Shown here in pieces: positions 58,861 through 64,000 of a stretch of 64,000 bases of DNA. Location of the stretch: contig NC_092671.1 in the NCBI RefSeq assembly GCF_964355755.1, forward strand, positions 24,502,070 to 24,566,069. The letters are read 5' to 3'. Below the pieces are notes generated by a model. That model made no database searches and was not told the origin of the DNA. It saw nothing but the letters and a program-made list of their open reading frames with translations. The position numbers were made by a program, and so were the translations under genes. How positions within the stretch are numbered: position 1 is the first letter of the stretch; every line of letters starts with the position of its first letter. The stretch comes from Antedon mediterranea. Its lineage: Eukaryota; Animalia; Echinodermata.

Positions 58861-59701
58861 GTTGCATATTGCACAATTTCTCAAAGAGGAGCACAATTTT
58901 TGTAATGGATTGCACACTTTCTCAAATGTAGGTAGCACAATATTTCGTGATTGTATGACCACAATTGTACTGGGAAGGTTTTAAACTATATTTAACAAAA
59001 TCACAGTGTGCAGAGGTTAGAGGGGTTGGAGGCTAAGTGATTTGCTGGGGTTAGTATCAATGACCACATGAGTAATGTGAACTGGGGGTATGTTTTAACT
59101 GCATTTGAAAACCGTCATAGAGCCGGGGTTTGCAATAGAATTTGTACCAGGAAGTTTAACATTATAAGTTAAAAAATCCCCGAGTGCGGGTGTGTGTTGG
59201 GGAGGTGGGTGCATTTTAGGGCATCTGGATAATGAGTTATCAAAATGATCGGGAATGTACTGTGAAGTTTTAAAACTGCATAGGAAACCCGCTCGGGCGT
59301 GTATAATTTCTAGTGATCAATGTTTTAAAATACTAGATTGCTATAGTGAACATAATGTATGTAGGCCTATGTGCAGTTTTCTTAGAATAACAAAACAACT
59401 AAAATGAGGCCTATACCCTTTATTATAATATCGTATAACATCAACTTGTTATTACACAATAAAAAAGATTGTTATTTATATGGGTTTCTTTTATGTTTAT
59501 TAACATTCAATTACATTTTTTTAAATAAAAAGATTTATTTTTTAGATTGTTTAGTATTATTAATTAATTCATATATCTGGTCCTATATACTAATATAGCG
59601 CAAAAACTTTTTGGGAAGCGTATGGGTACCACCCCCTACGGCTACATTATTTTATTTGAATTTCCCGCTCATATTCTCAAAAATTGTAGGCCTACCTATA
59701 C

Positions 59702-59731
59702 CAGGGAGTTGTTATTAATAACAACTCCCTG
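59702..59731. mobile_element. 30-bp CAGGGAG perfect palindrome with 7-bp TSD
   Basis: CCTATAC|CAGGGAGTTGTTATTAATAACAACTCCCTG|CCTATAC. Confidence 0.82.
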
Positions 59732-60827
59732 CCTATACCTCAGCCCGAGTCTGATGTGATGGTGTACCTCTTGACATTCCTACCAAATCCCATCGCACCA
59801 TCCCAGTTTATTTCAGAATCAATGTGTAGTAGGCTATGTATTTCATTGGTAAATTAATAAAATTAAAATTATTCAATTGTAATTGGTTGATCGCTTGACT
59901 ACGGTACTCAATCTAAGGTTGAACTTTGTAGCTCCCCATACAATACAAAATCGAAAAGGAAACATGGAAATAAAGGCTTGAAAAGGCTATTATATAAATA
60001 TTCATTTATTTCATGAAATCAAACTATTACCTAATCATTAAAACATGCTGTAACTGAAACCTGATGCTGTCGGTGATTGGCTGTTGGCAAACAAAGTGGG
60101 CTTGGCCTCTTTTACTACCCAGATACTTTCCTGCATGATTGATGGCCACTGTTCTGTTTAATTACCCATCAACAAGACTGATCAGGGTCAAAACAATTAC
60201 AGGCAATTATAGTACCCCGGGGTTAGCCGGGGTACTAAAAGCTCATGTTAAATAGGGCTCGTTTTCCTAATGATTATTAAGCTGTGGATTGGAACTTCAA
60301 ATCACATAATTTATCTTACAGTACCAGCCAGAACTACCATCCAATTTTGGATGCATCTGATGCATCATGAGTTCGTTGAGATTTTGTCAATGACGAGTCA
60401 ACGAGTGGCCCATTTCATCCTAACATTGTTATTTTGATGCATTTGCGCCCCTCGTTATTGTTTACAAATATTCAATCGTATCGAAATAACAATCTCTATT
60501 CATCATCTCAAGCACAATAAATCTAGGTCGTGCCCACAGATGGTTCTCGAATACATAGTAATTTCAGCGTTAAAAAACTGGCGACTTCAAATGTACATGC
60601 AGGACAATAATACATGTCGTTTACAGGAACGAATAAATAGACACTGTGATTTATGTACTCAACTAAAATTAGCACCCTGGGAATTACTTTCGAAAGAGAC
60701 AAGATGAGGGTTGAAGGATGGGGAAGAGGATGGGTGCAAAGACGAAAAATTTTTAAATATATTCTTTATCCATTTAGTAACGAAATATTAATTGTTTTCC
60801 TGTTTTACAAATAATATACCACTAAAC

Positions 60828-60851
60828 CATGGAGGTATTTATACCTCCATG
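60828..60851. mobile_element. 24-bp CATGGAGG palindrome with 7-bp TSD
   Basis: ACTAAAC|CATGGAGGTATTTATACCTCCATG|ACTAAAC; empty site in the paralogous repeat near 21050-21060. Confidence 0.85.
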
Positions 60852-60987
60852 ACTAAACACAGTAAAACATTGCTATTTAATACTTTGTTGAAACTGTCAC
60901 CGTATAGTCGATTGAAATAGTACAGTACATGTAACGATACATCACTAATACGACGTTTATATTTTTTTGTACAGTAATTACATTATT

Positions 60988-61570
60988 AACTAGAGGGTAC
61001 TCAGAGAGTACAAACCTCCGCCTACTGTAAAATTCCCCTACATAAAATGCCCCCTGAATATTTTTTTTTTACATTTTTTTTTATTAGTTCTAAGTGTAAA
61101 TATGTTAACTGCACACTACAAAGTTGTGGATGACAGTATGGTGTAATGGTTATGTATCCAGCCTCTCACAGTTGAGATTGCTGGTTCAAGTCCCACTGAG
61201 GTTTTTTTTTTTATTATTTTTTTATTTCTTTTTTTTTAGCTTTTTGTGGACCTTGATCTTTGACCTTGACCCTTCAAAATTTAATCACAATTATATGATG
61301 TGTCATTGATCATTGTGGCTAAGTTTGGTGAGAATCGGATAAAAACTGTGGTCTCTAGGCAGTAAAATAGTTTTTTGTTAGTTGTGACCTTGACCTATGA
61401 CCTTTTCCCCTCAAATTCGAACTCGTCCGAGCTTTTGGGGCATAGATAATTGTTGCCAAATTTGGTGAGAATCGGATAAAAACTGTGGCCTCCAGGCTGT
61501 TCACAGACACACACACACACAAACACACAAACATACAGGGGTGAAAATATAACCACCTTGGCGGAGGTAA
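60988..61570 (-). mobile_element. Helentron/HINE-like non-autonomous element
   Basis: AACTAG + hairpin GTACTC-AGA-GAGTAC + subTIR ACCTCCGCC; (CA)n tract; opposite subTIR GGCGGAGGTAA; internal TGACCTT repeats; absent from the paralog at about 20940. Confidence 0.7.
61132..61210 (+). other. tRNA-like Pol III segment (A box, B box, T-run); not a functional tRNA
   Basis: TGGTGTAATGG at 61139-61149, GGTTCAAGTCC at 61183-61193, then poly-T; the acceptor stem does not pair well. Confidence 0.55.
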
Positions 61571-64000
61571 TTAATATAAATGTTCAGAAGGAACTGTCAG
61601 TAATAAAGTAAACACATCTATTCGGGGAAAATCGTAAATTCGCTTTAATCGTCAATAAATAATTATCTAAGTCAACTTAATTAGTAGGTCTAATGCTTTT
61701 CAATTGTTTCTTAGAGCCAATTCATACTTAAGTTAGTTCCTAACCACCAAAGTTGTTCTGCGTTTAGGGCATGTGATCCTTTGTAGTGTAGGCCTGTCCT
61801 CTACTGGCTTTACAACGCTACTCATGCCAGTGAGGGGGGGCGGGGATGGTGGTGTGGGTGGCGGTTTAACTGCAATAATAAAGATGACATAGACGGCGAC
61901 TGGAAAGGCTAGCTCATTATCCGTTAAAAAAAAACCCTATATCCAACCTCTGCAGCACAGATTGGATAAAATGGATCGAATTTCTGTTATGACTGTACAG
62001 TACTTGTCTATACGACGCCTGAGAGAATAGACACTTGTGGAACAGAGATTGGAATGTTCCATTTATCGCAGATCAAAACAGTTGTATAAATGTATATTAA
62101 ATCTATCAAAATAGTATTTTATAAAGAAAATCGGCATGTCTTCAACATTATGATGATGTACTCGAGCTGTTCAACCGGTTTTCAGCTTTTAAAAATAGTT
62201 ATTGTAGGAGGAGATAGGAAAATGTGAAGCATCCTCCTATTATTGTGTGCGGGTATTTTTCCATGGACATTCATTAGACAGTGTATACCACAATTGGAAA
62301 GCACCCCTATTTGGGGCAAATCGTTGAACCTAAATTCGTTTTAATCGTCAATAACTAATTACCTAACTAAATTTAATTAGTAAACAGGGTTACATCAGGT
62401 GGTTAAAATTAGTACCGAAAGTATTAACCAACTTTATATACCATCGAGCAAAAATTCTAGAAATAAACCGAGATTTATCGAATTTTGCCCTTACGTAAAT
62501 TTATATATAGAAGAGAAAAACAATGCACAGTTCCCTACTGTACTGTAAGTAGCTCCCGTCTAAAGTTCTCTCGTAGACGTTTCCAAGCAGGTGTATCCTT
62601 TGTGATCCAAAAATTTAAAAAAAGTAAACAATGTGTCTTTTCAAAGCTGAACAGTTATATTTTATTGATCTATTTTTTTTTTTTTCAAAACGACTAAATA
62701 ACAGGAATGCCCCACTAATTAAATGTGTTTGTGAATATTCAGTGTGACGTACAGGACATATTAGCCCTATAACCAAGACAAATCCCTTTTTTTATGCAAG
62801 GACATATTGTTTCATGTTGGATATGACTTTGATTATAAAAACAAATTAATTATGCTAATTAATCATGAATTTTTACTGTACGTCACAAATTAAGGTGATT
62901 TAAAAAAAATTCAATTATTTTTTATTATTATTATTATTATTATTCGTCATAGTAACAAATTAAATCTAGTTATGAATTGTTTTTACGCAGTGAACCAAAG
63001 TTTTATTCCTTTGAGAATAATGATGAATTTTCACATTAACAAGATCATTGTATTTTCTTTCTAGAAATGGATTTTTGTCATTCATCTGCTCTGTACTTTT
63101 TTTGCTATGTACTGTAAAGGTAACTATGTTAATTTTTATGCAAAATATAAAATGATTTTGAAATTATAATAAGGGGCTAAAAATAAAATTGGTATTGGGA
63201 TGAATTGAAAATGTGTAAAATAGTTTAAAAGTCCAGTTGCCGTTTACACACAGAAACAGGATTATTCTATGGTAAATTAAATGATTCTGAATTATTTTCT
63301 GAACACAACCATTAGAAAATAATAATGGTAAAACGATGAATCAGGAAGAAGATAGTAAATCCTTACTGAGAAATGATATACAGTACTGTTAAAATATCAA
63401 AACTTTCATAGTAAACATATTCTTTTAAAGGGCATGGTAAACAGTACTCTATTGACATATAGATACAGTTTACTGTACAGTATGACATGTCCTTTATACA
63501 GTGTAGTTAGTAGTAGTTGATCTGGTGCATTTGGAAATCTGTAAACAGACCATGAATTCTTTCCTATATCAAGAGGTGTACTGTATCTGTTTTAAAGTTA
63601 CCAGTGTTTTGAACTAACAGCTGGTGTAAGCATACTGTAGTGTATGGAAATCATTCTATGCTTTGATACAAATCGCTGTTTGATTGTATTGTTTTAGGTC
63701 ATTCGATTGTGCCACTCAGGAAAAGTTTTGTGTCACCAAGTTGTAATATTTACTTGTGCTGCCCTAGAATGTATTATTATGTAAGTACTGAATATGCTAT
63801 TTATTAAAATATAAAATTAAATAAAACAAAAAAGAGATTAAGAATTATATAATATTTGTTATGATTTTAAAAGTAATCCTGTGCTTATAGTTGTAGAATG
63901 AGTGAGTCAATGTTGCTTCATAGAAGTTTAATGTGGTCTCTCTATGCCTGGTTCTGATGGTAGTAAAAAGAACTTATTTAAACTTAGATCTAGTGTATCT

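Larger units (their letters stand above)
60715..61780 (-). repeat. Dispersed repeat copy, inverted homolog of about 20688-21160
   Basis: Colinear reverse-complement similarity, apart from two insertions at 60828 and 60988. Confidence 0.8.

Noticed and set aside
58104-58931. 275-aa repetitive ORF
   Set aside because: Artefact of the 42-bp tandem repeat.
61132-61201. Functional tRNA gene
   Set aside because: A and B boxes are present but the cloverleaf, especially the acceptor stem, does not pair; it lies within a mobile element.

Overview
AT-rich eukaryotic genomic DNA with GT-AG introns and no prokaryotic gene structure; probably a marine invertebrate (echinoderm-like, inference only). Three spliced genes were reconstructed by hand. 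(1) The 5' part of ODAD2/ARMC4 (minus strand, ATG at 3299, five coding exons, running off the left edge). (2) Head-to-head with it, a 3-exon, 102-aa plus-strand gene missed by the ORF track, whose two termini resemble vertebrate CCDC200; an RFX X-box lies between the two genes. (3) A complete 5-exon, 398-aa FAD-dependent oxidoreductase (sarcosine oxidase/DAO-like, minus strand, ending in SQL). The rest is dense nested mobile DNA: a near-intact L2/CR1-group LINE inside a 9-bp-TSD TIR element, Kolobok-, Harbinger-, Ginger- and Helentron-like non-autonomous elements, a 5S+tRNA+Deu-type SINE, gypsy, Tx1, Penelope and THAP relics, and five tandem arrays. At least six 24-40 bp CA...TG palindromes with 7-bp direct repeats look like P-element-type excision footprints.
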